Positions 1-8,050 of a DNA stretch of 64,000 nucleotides are shown piece after piece. The stretch spans positions 43,497-107,496 of the forward strand of contig CAADYP010000018.1 of NCBI GenBank assembly GCA_900753315.1. Reading direction: 5' to 3'. The translations under genes and the position numbers were made by a program. A model generated the notes under the pieces. That model had not been told where the DNA came from. It did not search any database and saw nothing but the letters and a program-made list of their open reading frames with translations. Source of the DNA: Clostridia bacterium. Its GTDB lineage: Bacteria; Bacillota; Clostridia; Christensenellales; UBA1242. Numbering within the stretch: the stretch's first letter is position 1; every line of letters starts with the position of its first letter.

Positions 1-110
1 CCTTTATGCAAATCGTTATCTATGATTTTCTTCAAATTCTCAAAATCAATTTCTTTGTCTTTAAATGGAGTAACAAGTGCTACTCCGCATCCTTCAAATA
101 CACTTTTCAT
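1..110 (-). CDS. Partial CDS (5' end only, continues off the left edge): DapA/NanA-family aldolase N-terminus (4-hydroxy-tetrahydrodipicolinate synthase-like)
   Basis: Not in the ORF track because it runs off the window. Reverse-strand ATG at 110-108 is preceded by an AGAGGTG RBS. Translation MKSVFEGCGVALVTPFKDKEIDFENLKKIIDNDLHKG matches the conserved DapA-family N-terminus (G..ALVTPF....D...L). Confidence 0.55.
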   Translation of the reverse strand, partial: MKSVFEGCGVALVTPFKDKEIDFENLKKIIDNDLHK

Positions 111-267
111 GTTCACCTCTTTTTGTAATATATATTCAAAAACAAATATGCTTGCTATTCGATTTGTTTTTGCGACAATTTCTACACAAAAGCACAAAAT
201 GTATCGTCTTTGTTTGACTTTTAATCTAAATATAGTTTAAATTATTATTATAAGAAAGGGAGGATAT

Positions 268-2319
268 ATGAATAAAAAATACGAGCCACTTTTCACACCA
301 TGGAAAGTTGGAAATTGTGAAATCAAAAACAGAATTGTTGTTTGTCCTATGGGCGGAACATCTTTGTTTGGTTGGATGGAACCTCATCACTTTGACAAAG
401 ATGCTGCCGATTTCTTTATGGACATTGCAAAACACGATGCAGGACTTATCATTCCTGGAATCGCACCAATCAGAAACATGATTGGAAACCGCTGGCTCTA
501 CAAAGCAAAAGGGGCTTTTAGAAAACTTAAACCATACATGGACGAACTACACAAAACAGGAGCAAAATTGTTTGTTCAACTCACCGCTGGCTTTGGTCGT
601 TCTTTCTCAATTCCAAATTCTCTCGCACCTGTTGCAAAGAAAAAGTTTTTGAGAGGTATTCTCAAACCAATCATTGACATCGACCGCCTCTGTGCTTCCC
701 CAAGCGTGTTGCCTTCTCGTTGGCTTGAAGGATTCTCTTGCAGAAGTTTGACAAAAAAAGAAATTGAAGAAATGGTTGAAGGTTTTGCAAAAATAGCAAA
801 GATGTGCAAAGATGCCGGAGTTGACGGTGTCGAAATCCATGCAGTGCATGAAGGTTATTTGCTTGACCAATTTACACTTTCTTATACAAACCAAAGAGAA
901 GATGAATATGGCGGAAGTTTTGAAAACAGATATCGCTTTGCGACAGATATTGTAAAAGCAATCAAAAAGGCATGTGGAAAAGATTATCCAGTTTCACTTC
1001 GTTATTCAGCAGTAAGTAAAACAAAAGGATTTTGTGAGGGTGCAGTTCCTGGAGAAGAATATGTTGAAGTCGGCAGAGATATGGAAGAAAGTGAAAAAGC
1101 AGCAAAATATCTTCAAGATGCTGGTTATGATATGCTCAACACAGACAACGGAACTTACGATGCTTGGTATTGGGCTCACCCACCAGAATACATGCCACAA
1201 AACTGTAACTTGGAAGATGTTGCACACATCAAAAAATTTGTTGATATTCCTGTTGTTTGCGCTGGCCGTATGGATCCAGAAACAGCTGCAAAAGCAATCA
1301 AATCAAAACAAATTGATGGAATGGGCGTAGCAAGACAATTCTTGACAGACAATCACTGGGTAACAAAACTCAAAGAAGACAGAATTGAAGATATTATGCC
1401 TTGCATTTGTTGTCATAATGGTTGTTTCCCAATGGCACACTACAAAGGAGTGGCTTGTGACGCAACAATGGAAGACTCTTCACATATGGCAAGATGTGCC
1501 CTTAACCCAATGACTATGGATGGCGGAAAATATGATTTCAAACCAGCCAAAAAACAAAAAACAATCGCTATCATCGGTGGCGGTATCGGCGGAATGGAAG
1601 TTGCAAGAGTTGCAACAATGCGTGGACACAAGGTTACAATTTATGAAAAGAGTGACCACCTTGGCGGTGTGTTTGTTCCTGCCGCTGCACCATCATTCAA
1701 AGAAAAAGACAAACAACTTCTTGCTTGGTATAACAGACAAATGAAAAACATGGGCATCGAAATCAAATTCAACACCGAAATCACGGATATAACAAAACTT
1801 GCTGCTGACGAAATTGTTGTTGCAACTGGTTCAAGCACAAGAAAACTCCGCATGAAAGGTGCAGAACGCTGTATTGATGCCATTGATTATCTTTCTGGAA
1901 AAGAAGTTGGCGAGACTGTTGCCATTGTTGGTGGCGGACTTACTGGATGTGAAATCGCATACGATTTGATTTTGAAAGGCAAAAAACCAATCATCATTGA
2001 AACAAAAAATGATTTGATGGCAGTAAGTGGTTTGTGTCTTGCAAACTCATCATATTTGAGAGATTATTTCAAATATAAAAACATTCCTGTTTATCTTGAA
2101 AGCAAATTGGTAGGTATCACACCAAAGAAAATTGAAATCGAAACAAAAGATGGCAAGAAACATTCTGTTTCAGCAGATTCAATCATCACTGCAATCGGTT
2201 ACAACCCAAATCCTATCGCAAAAGCATCAAAAAACGTCCACATTGTCGGAGATGCTTTGAGAGTAGGAAATTTGAGAACGGTAATTTGGCGTGCTTGGGA
2301 TGTTGCATGCAAATTATAA
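268..2319 (+). CDS. NADH:flavin oxidoreductase of the Old Yellow Enzyme / 2,4-dienoyl-CoA reductase (enoate reductase) type: TIM-barrel FMN domain + Fe-S Cys cluster + FAD/NAD(P)-binding domain
   Basis: 683-aa ORF with RBS AAGGGAGG upstream. N-terminal OYE-like motif (FTPWKVGNCEIKNRIVVCPMGG), a Cys cluster (PCICCHNGC...C) and two Rossmann GxGxxG motifs (IIGGGIGG, IVGGGLTG). Confidence 0.85.
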   Translation: MNKKYEPLFTPWKVGNCEIKNRIVVCPMGGTSLFGWMEPHHFDKDAADFFMDIAKHDAGLIIPGIAPIRNMIGNRWLYKAKGAFRKLKPYMDELHKTGAKLFVQLTAGFGRSFSIPNSLAPVAKKKFLRGILKPIIDIDRLCASPSVLPSRWLEGFSCRSLTKKEIEEMVEGFAKIAKMCKDAGVDGVEIHAVHEGYLLDQFTLSYTNQREDEYGGSFENRYRFATDIVKAIKKACGKDYPVSLRYSAVSKTKGFCEGAVPGEEYVEVGRDMEESEKAAKYLQDAGYDMLNTDNGTYDAWYWAHPPEYMPQNCNLEDVAHIKKFVDIPVVCAGRMDPETAAKAIKSKQIDGMGVARQFLTDNHWVTKLKEDRIEDIMPCICCHNGCFPMAHYKGVACDATMEDSSHMARCALNPMTMDGGKYDFKPAKKQKTIAIIGGGIGGMEVARVATMRGHKVTIYEKSDHLGGVFVPAAAPSFKEKDKQLLAWYNRQMKNMGIEIKFNTEITDITKLAADEIVVATGSSTRKLRMKGAERCIDAIDYLSGKEVGETVAIVGGGLTGCEIAYDLILKGKKPIIIETKNDLMAVSGLCLANSSYLRDYFKYKNIPVYLESKLVGITPKKIEIETKDGKKHSVSADSIITAIGYNPNPIAKASKNVHIVGDALRVGNLRTVIWRAWDVACKL

Positions 2320-2330
2320 TTTAAGATTAA

Positions 2331-2360
2331 GGCATCTCTTTTGAGATGTCTTTCTTTTTA
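2331..2360 (+). terminator. Rho-independent terminator after the flavin oxidoreductase gene
   Basis: Hairpin GGCATCTC-tttt-GAGATGTC followed by TTTCTTTTT. It overlaps the upstream alternative start of the next ORF, which supports the 2415 start. Confidence 0.7.
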
Positions 2361-2414
2361 AACAAAAGACAATATAACACAATAAACATCACATTCAAAA
2401 CAAGGAGAAAATTT

Positions 2415-3206
2415 ATGCTTGGTGCAATAATAGGAGACTTGGCGGGTTCGGTTTATGAATATGAACAAACTCAAAATTGTCATTCAGTAAAAATGAAAAA
2501 CATAATAGAAGAGAATGCTTTTTTCAGCGACGACACAATTCTTACCATTGCAATCGCTGATGCTATTTTGACAAAAAAAGATTATGGTAATAACCTTAAA
2601 AAATATGCATTGGAATATCAAGATTACTCTCCAAATTTCAAACCATATTTCAAAACGCCATTTTCTCCAAACTTTACAAAATGGGCACAAGGCGATTTTG
2701 TTGGAAAAAGTGCAGGAAACGGGGCAATGATGAGAATCTCTCCAATCGGATTTTGGTTTGGAAATGAAAAAGAAATAGAAGAACAAGTTCGTCTTGCGAC
2801 AAGTCCTTCTCACAACTGCACAGAATCTATCTCTAGTGCAACAACCATTGCTTTAATCATATTTTATAGTCGCAAAGGACTTTCAAAAGAAGAAATAAAA
2901 TCAAAACTCAATCTCAAAATCACAAAGCCAGAAATTAAAACTTTCAATTATACTTGCCACGACACAATAGATGTTTGCTTATATTCATTTTTCAATTCAA
3001 AAAGTTTTGAAGACAGCATTTCTCTTTCTCTCTCATTTGGTGGAGACACTGACACAAATGCCTGCATAGTGGGAAGCATGGCAGAAGCATATTATGGAAT
3101 TGATGACGAGTTGAAAAACAAAGCACTTTCTTATCTTCCTTCAAACTTTCAAAAAACAATCACGGACTTCTACCATAAATTGCAATCTAGAAATCAAAAC
3201 ATTTAG
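2415..3206 (+). CDS. ADP-ribosylglycohydrolase family protein
   Basis: ORF 2346..3206 trimmed to the ATG at 2415 (RBS AAGGAGAAA). N-terminus MLGAIIGDLAGSVYE and the C-terminal GGDTDTNACIVGSMAEAYYG motif are typical of the ADP-ribosylglycohydrolase (DraG-like) family. Confidence 0.8.
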   Translation: MLGAIIGDLAGSVYEYEQTQNCHSVKMKNIIEENAFFSDDTILTIAIADAILTKKDYGNNLKKYALEYQDYSPNFKPYFKTPFSPNFTKWAQGDFVGKSAGNGAMMRISPIGFWFGNEKEIEEQVRLATSPSHNCTESISSATTIALIIFYSRKGLSKEEIKSKLNLKITKPEIKTFNYTCHDTIDVCLYSFFNSKSFEDSISLSLSFGGDTDTNACIVGSMAEAYYGIDDELKNKALSYLPSNFQKTITDFYHKLQSRNQNI

Positions 3207-3241
3207 AATTAGAAAAGATATATATCAAACCAAACAAAAAA

Positions 3242-3269
3242 ATAAAGGCAATATAACCTTTATTTTTTA
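3242..3269. terminator. Bidirectional terminator between convergent genes
   Basis: ATAAAGG-caatataa-CCTTTAT flanked by an A-run and a T-run, between the ends of 2415..3206(+) and 3282..3659(-). Confidence 0.6.
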
Positions 3270-3281
3270 TTAAATTGTTTT

Positions 3282-3659
3282 TTAATTTTCTTTATAAAGA
3301 CCAAGATTGTAATATTCTGCGACCAAACGAATCAACTCTCCAACTGTAGGTTTGTCGTTGATGGTATAAAGTTGAGTTTTAAACATTTTGTTAAGTTCTG
3401 CAAAACTTTTATTTATGTAGGTGTTTTCTATCGCATGTCTTATGCTTCTTTCCACGCAGTTTTCATTTTCTATTTTAAATTTCTGCCCTACAGCCAAATA
3501 GAGACCCTTACAGAGATTGTGGATTAAACTAGGTTTCAAAATAACCAATTCTATTGCAAAGCACAAATAATTAAACCCAATCAAATCACATCTAATACCA
3601 ATTCTAATAAGTGCTAGTTTAATTATTCTCCTCATGTCTAGAAGTTCTTTTTCATCCAT
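3282..3659 (-). CDS. Stand-alone Spo0A C-terminal (DNA-binding) domain-like protein, no receiver domain
   Basis: 125 aa. The segments GIRCDLIGFNYLCFAIELV, NCVERSIRHAIENTY and KPTVGELIRLVAEYY parallel the Spo0A_C signature (IGVPAHIKGYLYLREAI ... ASRVERAIRHAIEVAW ... KPTNSEFIAMVAD). RBS AAAGGAGGATAAG. Confidence 0.6.
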   Translation of the reverse strand: MDEKELLDMRRIIKLALIRIGIRCDLIGFNYLCFAIELVILKPSLIHNLCKGLYLAVGQKFKIENENCVERSIRHAIENTYINKSFAELNKMFKTQLYTINDKPTVGELIRLVAEYYNLGLYKEN

Positions 3660-4010
3660 TAACTTATCCTCCTTTTAAAATTTGGTTATTAAAAAACATT
3701 GCTGCATTTTCTTGCAGTCATGATTTCTCTATGCATCTCAATATATTTCAAAACCTCTTTTCAAAGTTTAAAGATGTAAACAAACCAAATTATATTTTTT
3801 CATGCTCTTCTATAAGGTATCTATAAGTTCTGTGAAGAAACACGATGTTATTATATCACTTTAATGTTATTTTGTAAAATAAATATTCAAAATTTTACAA
3901 AATAATTTTGAACTATACTTTCCAGTTTTGTCGAATTTTTGAATATGTTAACCAATCAACCTAAATGAGTTTAAATTTGTTAAAAATTTTTAACTATGCA
4001 TTTTCTCAAT

Positions 4011-4047
4011 AAAAACAAAAAAGAGAGAATTTTATCTCTCTTTTTTT
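4011..4047 (-). terminator. Terminator downstream of the AcnX gene pair
   Basis: GAGAGA-atttta-TCTCTC hairpin flanked by an A-run and a T-run, immediately 3' of the minus-strand gene ending at 4070. Confidence 0.6.
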
Positions 4048-4069
4048 CTTTCTAAACCACTTTTTAGAT

Positions 4070-4519
4070 TTAATCTAAAAGGGTGACTGTTCCATCTTCA
4101 GAAATTGAAATTTTGTCACCAGATTTAATTGTTTTCAAGATGTCTCTGCCAAGTTTGTCAATAGCAATAATCTTTGAATTTTCCCAGTTCTTTGCCAAAA
4201 TAACTCCACTTGCAGCCAAAGAATCAATTTCTTCACTAAACAACAATGCAGCAGGATTTATCCCCATTTGACAAATTGTTTGAATGACAAGTCCACCTGT
4301 TGTTGAACCAATTGTTTGTGGCAAAATCAAAGCGATTCCTGTCAAATTTTTTCCATAAACATCTGGGTTGTTTTGGTCAGAACCAATAATTTGCTTTGCA
4401 TTTTTGAGTGCTGATTTTTGAAATGTTGCAAGAGTGTTAAGTCCTTGATGAGAAACGATTGCTTCTCCTTCATATGTTCCTTTGCAAATCACTCTTCCTT
4501 TAAAAACTTTCTTTGCCAT
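4070..4519 (-). CDS. Aconitase X swivel-domain subunit (DUF126 / AcnX small subunit)
   Basis: 149 aa. FKGRVICKGTYEGEAIVSHQGLN is a typical DUF126 N-terminus. The gene is translationally adjacent (1-nt gap) to the DUF521 subunit. Confidence 0.8.
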   Translation of the reverse strand: MAKKVFKGRVICKGTYEGEAIVSHQGLNTLATFQKSALKNAKQIIGSDQNNPDVYGKNLTGIALILPQTIGSTTGGLVIQTICQMGINPAALLFSEEIDSLAASGVILAKNWENSKIIAIDKLGRDILKTIKSGDKISISEDGTVTLLD

Positions 4520-4520
4520 A

Positions 4521-5792
4521 TTATTTCACCCCACAAATAATTTTTGTAATGTCTTCGTCTTTATAATAACGAGATTTTGAATAAGTCCTGAGTTTGTTAC
4601 TGTTTGTAATGATTGGTTTTCCGCCAGCGATAGGGTTGTTTGTATACATAAGTGGGCAGATAGACGAAAATTTTACACCAAAACTTTTCAATTTTTTGTA
4701 TTCTTCTGTTTCTTCAAACTTCTTCAAAACATTTGGTGCTGCTGTCATGATTGTTCTTACGCAAACCTTTTTCTTTCCACTCAATTTAAAGTTTTCTTCC
4801 AATTTGTGTGACCAATCTACAAGTTGGTTGTATGTAAGATGTGGACAGCCAATAAAGCAAAGTGATGGTTTTGCATTTGCATTCTTCCACATGATAGGAT
4901 AACTCTTATAAACTCTCTCGAGTTCTTTGTCATCAATCACATATTTCTTTGTCTTCTCATTGATGATTTTCTTCCCAAGTTTCTTTGCTTCTGGTGTAAG
5001 GTTTTCAATGTGATATAAACCTACTGCTCCATTTGATGCTGTTGCTGCACCAAAATCTTTCAAATATGAAATTACATCATCAGTAAGTTCTGTTCCCAAA
5101 AACTTGTCAAGTCCAACAATATAAGGCACATCTTCCATTACCTTCATACCAATCGCACTACCCAAAATTTGTGCTTCAGGAAGTTTTTTTGTTTTTACTT
5201 CAATTATCCAATTTGCTTTTCTTCCTTCATCAGTCAAAAGTCCAAATTTGGGAACTTTTCCCAAAATTGCTCCAAAGATGTCAAGCATTCCACTGTTTCT
5301 GTTGCAACGCGCTCCAAGAACAGAGTTTGCAAACACAACTGCACTACTTTCAGCCCATGACAAAACATCTCCATATTTTGGAGTGTTTCCAACTTCGTTT
5401 AAATAGCATGTGCAAGTAAATGCATCTTTGTTTTTGAGACCAATTTTTGAAAGTTGTTCTTCATAATGTTTTTGTTGAGAATACATAATCTTGCTAAACA
5501 CAAGTTTGTTGAGTGGACCACACTTCACATTCTTATAATCAAGTGGGCGTGGGTCAACAGTAAATGGATAAGGTGTTTTTAGTCCAGCGTCAATAATTTC
5601 GTCCATGATTCTGTAAACAGGTTTCAATAGACCAATTCCAAAAGATGTAACCAAGTGTCCATCGGTCGTCACTGGCACAAATTTTTCAGCACCAAAGACA
5701 TCACCAAACTCCACCAAAGTTTGCATAATCTTTGCTTTTGTTTGACCTTCTTTGCCAGCAAGAATTGCCTTCTCCTCAGCAGTTAGTTTCAT
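4521..5792 (-). CDS. Aconitase X catalytic subunit (DUF521 / AcnX large subunit)
   Basis: 423 aa. N-terminus MKLTAEEKAILAGKEGQTKAKIMQTLVEFGDVFGAEKFVPVTTDGHLV is characteristic of DUF521. Conserved Cys residues fit an Fe-S cluster. RBS AAAGGAGGA. Confidence 0.8.
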   Translation of the reverse strand: MKLTAEEKAILAGKEGQTKAKIMQTLVEFGDVFGAEKFVPVTTDGHLVTSFGIGLLKPVYRIMDEIIDAGLKTPYPFTVDPRPLDYKNVKCGPLNKLVFSKIMYSQQKHYEEQLSKIGLKNKDAFTCTCYLNEVGNTPKYGDVLSWAESSAVVFANSVLGARCNRNSGMLDIFGAILGKVPKFGLLTDEGRKANWIIEVKTKKLPEAQILGSAIGMKVMEDVPYIVGLDKFLGTELTDDVISYLKDFGAATASNGAVGLYHIENLTPEAKKLGKKIINEKTKKYVIDDKELERVYKSYPIMWKNANAKPSLCFIGCPHLTYNQLVDWSHKLEENFKLSGKKKVCVRTIMTAAPNVLKKFEETEEYKKLKSFGVKFSSICPLMYTNNPIAGGKPIITNSNKLRTYSKSRYYKDEDITKIICGVK

Positions 5793-5903
5793 TTAAATCC
5801 TCCTTTGTTTTCGTTTTTATTATAAAACATTTTGCTGTTATTTCAAATCAAATAAATCATTTTTCAAAAAATTTCTTTTTTAGATAATATCACATCAAAA
5901 ACC

Positions 5904-5936
5904 ACATAAAAAAATATAGCAAAAATGCCATATTTT
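5904..5936 (-). terminator. Terminator after folD
   Basis: Minus-strand hairpin AAATATGGC-attttt-GCTATATTT followed by a T-run. Confidence 0.5.
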
Positions 5937-5945
5937 CAATTAAAA

Positions 5946-6830
5946 TTATTTCAAATTTTCTTTTTCATTTTTTTTTAAAAGTGTTCTCTCATTATGCAAA
6001 ATCAAAGTATTTTCCATCAAACATGCAACTGTCAAAGGACCAACTCCACCTGGCACTGGTGTGATGTAAGAAGTTTTGTCTTTAACATCATCAAAATCAA
6101 CATCTCCAACCAAGCCACTTGACAATCTATTAATGCCGACATCTACTACAAAAGCACCATCTTTGACATAATCTTTTGTTATCATTTGAGGTTTTCCAAC
6201 TGCAACCACCAAAACATCTGCTCTTTCACATTTTCCTTGCAAATCTTGTGTGTGGCTGTGGCAGTTTGTGACTGTTGCATTTCTTTGTTGCAAAAGTGTA
6301 GAAACACTTTTCCCAACAAGCAAACTTCTTCCGACAACAACAACGTCTTTGCCGTCCAAGTCATAACCTTCACTGTCCAAAATTCTCATTACTCCAGTTG
6401 CTGTGCAAGGAGCAATCTTTCCTGTTCCAGCATACAGTTTTCCAAGATTTACATCGGTCAAACAATCAACATCTTTTTCAGGAGAAATAGTATTTATGAT
6501 TTCATCTCTAAACTTGTCAAGTTTTTCTGGCAAAGGAAGTTGAACCAAAATACCTGACACACCATTGTCTTCGTTAAGTTTTCTAATAAATGTCTTCAAT
6601 TCTTCTTTTGTTGCCTTTTCTGAAAACTCATAAACCAAAGACTTCATTCCACATTCTGCACAAGCCTTTTCTTTTGACCTAACATAAATTTTGCTTGCTT
6701 TATTTTCTCCAACAATTATGCAAACTAGGCAAGGCACATCTTTTCCTTGTGAAACATATTTTGTCAAAATTTCGTCTTTGACACCTTCTCTAATTTTTTT
6801 TGCAAGTTCTTTTCCATCAATAATTTCCAT
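5946..6830 (-). CDS. folD: Bifunctional methylenetetrahydrofolate dehydrogenase/cyclohydrolase
   Basis: ORF 5946..6881 trimmed to the ATG at 6830, which has a GGAGGAGAAAGAG RBS. MEIIDGKELAKKIRE, GRSLLVGKSVSTLL and PVPGGVGPLTVACLMEN are FolD hallmarks. Confidence 0.9.
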   Translation of the reverse strand: MEIIDGKELAKKIREGVKDEILTKYVSQGKDVPCLVCIIVGENKASKIYVRSKEKACAECGMKSLVYEFSEKATKEELKTFIRKLNEDNGVSGILVQLPLPEKLDKFRDEIINTISPEKDVDCLTDVNLGKLYAGTGKIAPCTATGVMRILDSEGYDLDGKDVVVVGRSLLVGKSVSTLLQQRNATVTNCHSHTQDLQGKCERADVLVVAVGKPQMITKDYVKDGAFVVDVGINRLSSGLVGDVDFDDVKDKTSYITPVPGGVGPLTVACLMENTLILHNERTLLKKNEKENLK

Positions 6831-6936
6831 CTCTTTCTCCTCCATTGCTACAAGTTTAGCACAACCGCAAAAAAGTATCAAGACAAAGAAACAAAAAGTT
6901 TTGGAAATTCATATATTTTTATGAAAGGAGAAAAAC

Positions 6937-7971
6937 ATGGCAAACGATGATTATTACATAGGAGCAAATGACGAGCATGGAATAAACCCACCCACACAAG
7001 GCAAACGCACTCCAGTTGTTCCAGAACTAAATCGACAGATATATGAAAATGAATTTAATCGTGCAGCAAAGAACAAATTTATTGAAGCCTGCATGAGACA
7101 AGGTTTTTCAGTTTACGATGTAAAACCCGAACTTTATGATGTTTCTGTTTCAAACAGAGTTACTAGAATAAATCGTCAAAATTTGACCGCGCTTGTCACT
7201 TTTGCATACAACGCTTATAGCACAACTTTCAATTCTGCATCAGGACTTGAAGTTTTTTATTCCCCATCAAACCCAAAGTCCACAGAAAGTCGCCGTTTGG
7301 CAGAAAATATGTATGCCGAACTTATCCAAGGCACAACTCAAACTGGGCGTGGAGTAAAAACTCTTGATGTTGGAGTGTTGTCAAATGTAAACTGCGTTTC
7401 ATCTTTGATTGAAGCGGGCTTTATGACAAATTTGAGAGAAGCACTTTTGATGATAAATCCAATCTTTCAAACCGAAGTAGGTGAAGAAGCTTGTCACGGT
7501 GTATGCAATTATCTAGGCGTAAATTATATTCCAAGAAACATTCTCTCAAATTACCCACTTTTAAAAAATGGAAGCAGAAACAATTTTGTTTTCTTACTTC
7601 AATTCATACTCAAAAATCAATACAATCAAAACATCGATATTGACGGAATTTTTGGTCAAAGAACACAAACTGCAGTGAGAAATTTCCAACAAACAAATTC
7701 TCTTTCTGTAGATGGCATGGTCGGTCAAAACACATGGAAAACACTTCTCACACTTGCTCCAGAACCACTTCTTAAAAGAGGTTCAAGAGGTGCTTACACA
7801 AGATATCTTCAACAACTGCTAGAAAGCAAAATGATTCCAGTCTCTGGAATTGATGGTATTTTTGGTGCTCAAACTGAAAATGCTGTAAGAAGATTTCAAC
7901 AAGACAATGGATTGACAGTAGATGGGATTGTCGGCACAAACACTTGGAATGCTCTTACCACAATTCAATAA
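6937..7971 (+). CDS. N-acetylmuramoyl-L-alanine amidase (Amidase_3-type) with two C-terminal PG_binding_1 repeats
   Basis: 344 aa. Amidase_3-like core (..DEHG.., YENEFN, GLEVFYS, RGVKT..VL, IEAGFMTN). Two peptidoglycan-binding repeats follow (IDGIFGQRTQTAVRNFQQTNSLSVDGMVGQNTWKTL and IDGIFGAQTENAVRRFQQDNGLTVDGIVGTNTWNAL). Confidence 0.8.
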   Translation: MANDDYYIGANDEHGINPPTQGKRTPVVPELNRQIYENEFNRAAKNKFIEACMRQGFSVYDVKPELYDVSVSNRVTRINRQNLTALVTFAYNAYSTTFNSASGLEVFYSPSNPKSTESRRLAENMYAELIQGTTQTGRGVKTLDVGVLSNVNCVSSLIEAGFMTNLREALLMINPIFQTEVGEEACHGVCNYLGVNYIPRNILSNYPLLKNGSRNNFVFLLQFILKNQYNQNIDIDGIFGQRTQTAVRNFQQTNSLSVDGMVGQNTWKTLLTLAPEPLLKRGSRGAYTRYLQQLLESKMIPVSGIDGIFGAQTENAVRRFQQDNGLTVDGIVGTNTWNALTTIQ

Positions 7972-8007
7972 AAAATAAAAGCTATTATCAAAGAAAATCT
8001 CAACAAA

Positions 8008-8040
8008 AAAAGATATCAAATTGAATTGATATCTTTTCTT
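8008..8040. terminator. Bidirectional terminator between the amidase gene and yidC
   Basis: AAAGATATCAA-attgaa-TTGATATCTTT hairpin with a flanking A-run and T-run. Confidence 0.65.
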
Positions 8041-8050
8041 TATTCAAATA

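Noticed and set aside
22-435. Listed ORFs 22..240(+) and 226..435(-)
   Set aside because: Both have low-complexity translations and no RBS. They overlap the 5' end of the partial dapA-like gene and its promoter region, and the start of the flavin oxidoreductase gene.
3929-3935. TGTCGAA (Spo0A 0A-box core) as evidence of Spo0A-type regulation
   Set aside because: The heptamer recurs by chance in this AT-rich window, including inside coding sequence (near 830, 23474, 28101 and 61195). On its own it is not evidence of regulation, so it is only mentioned as context.
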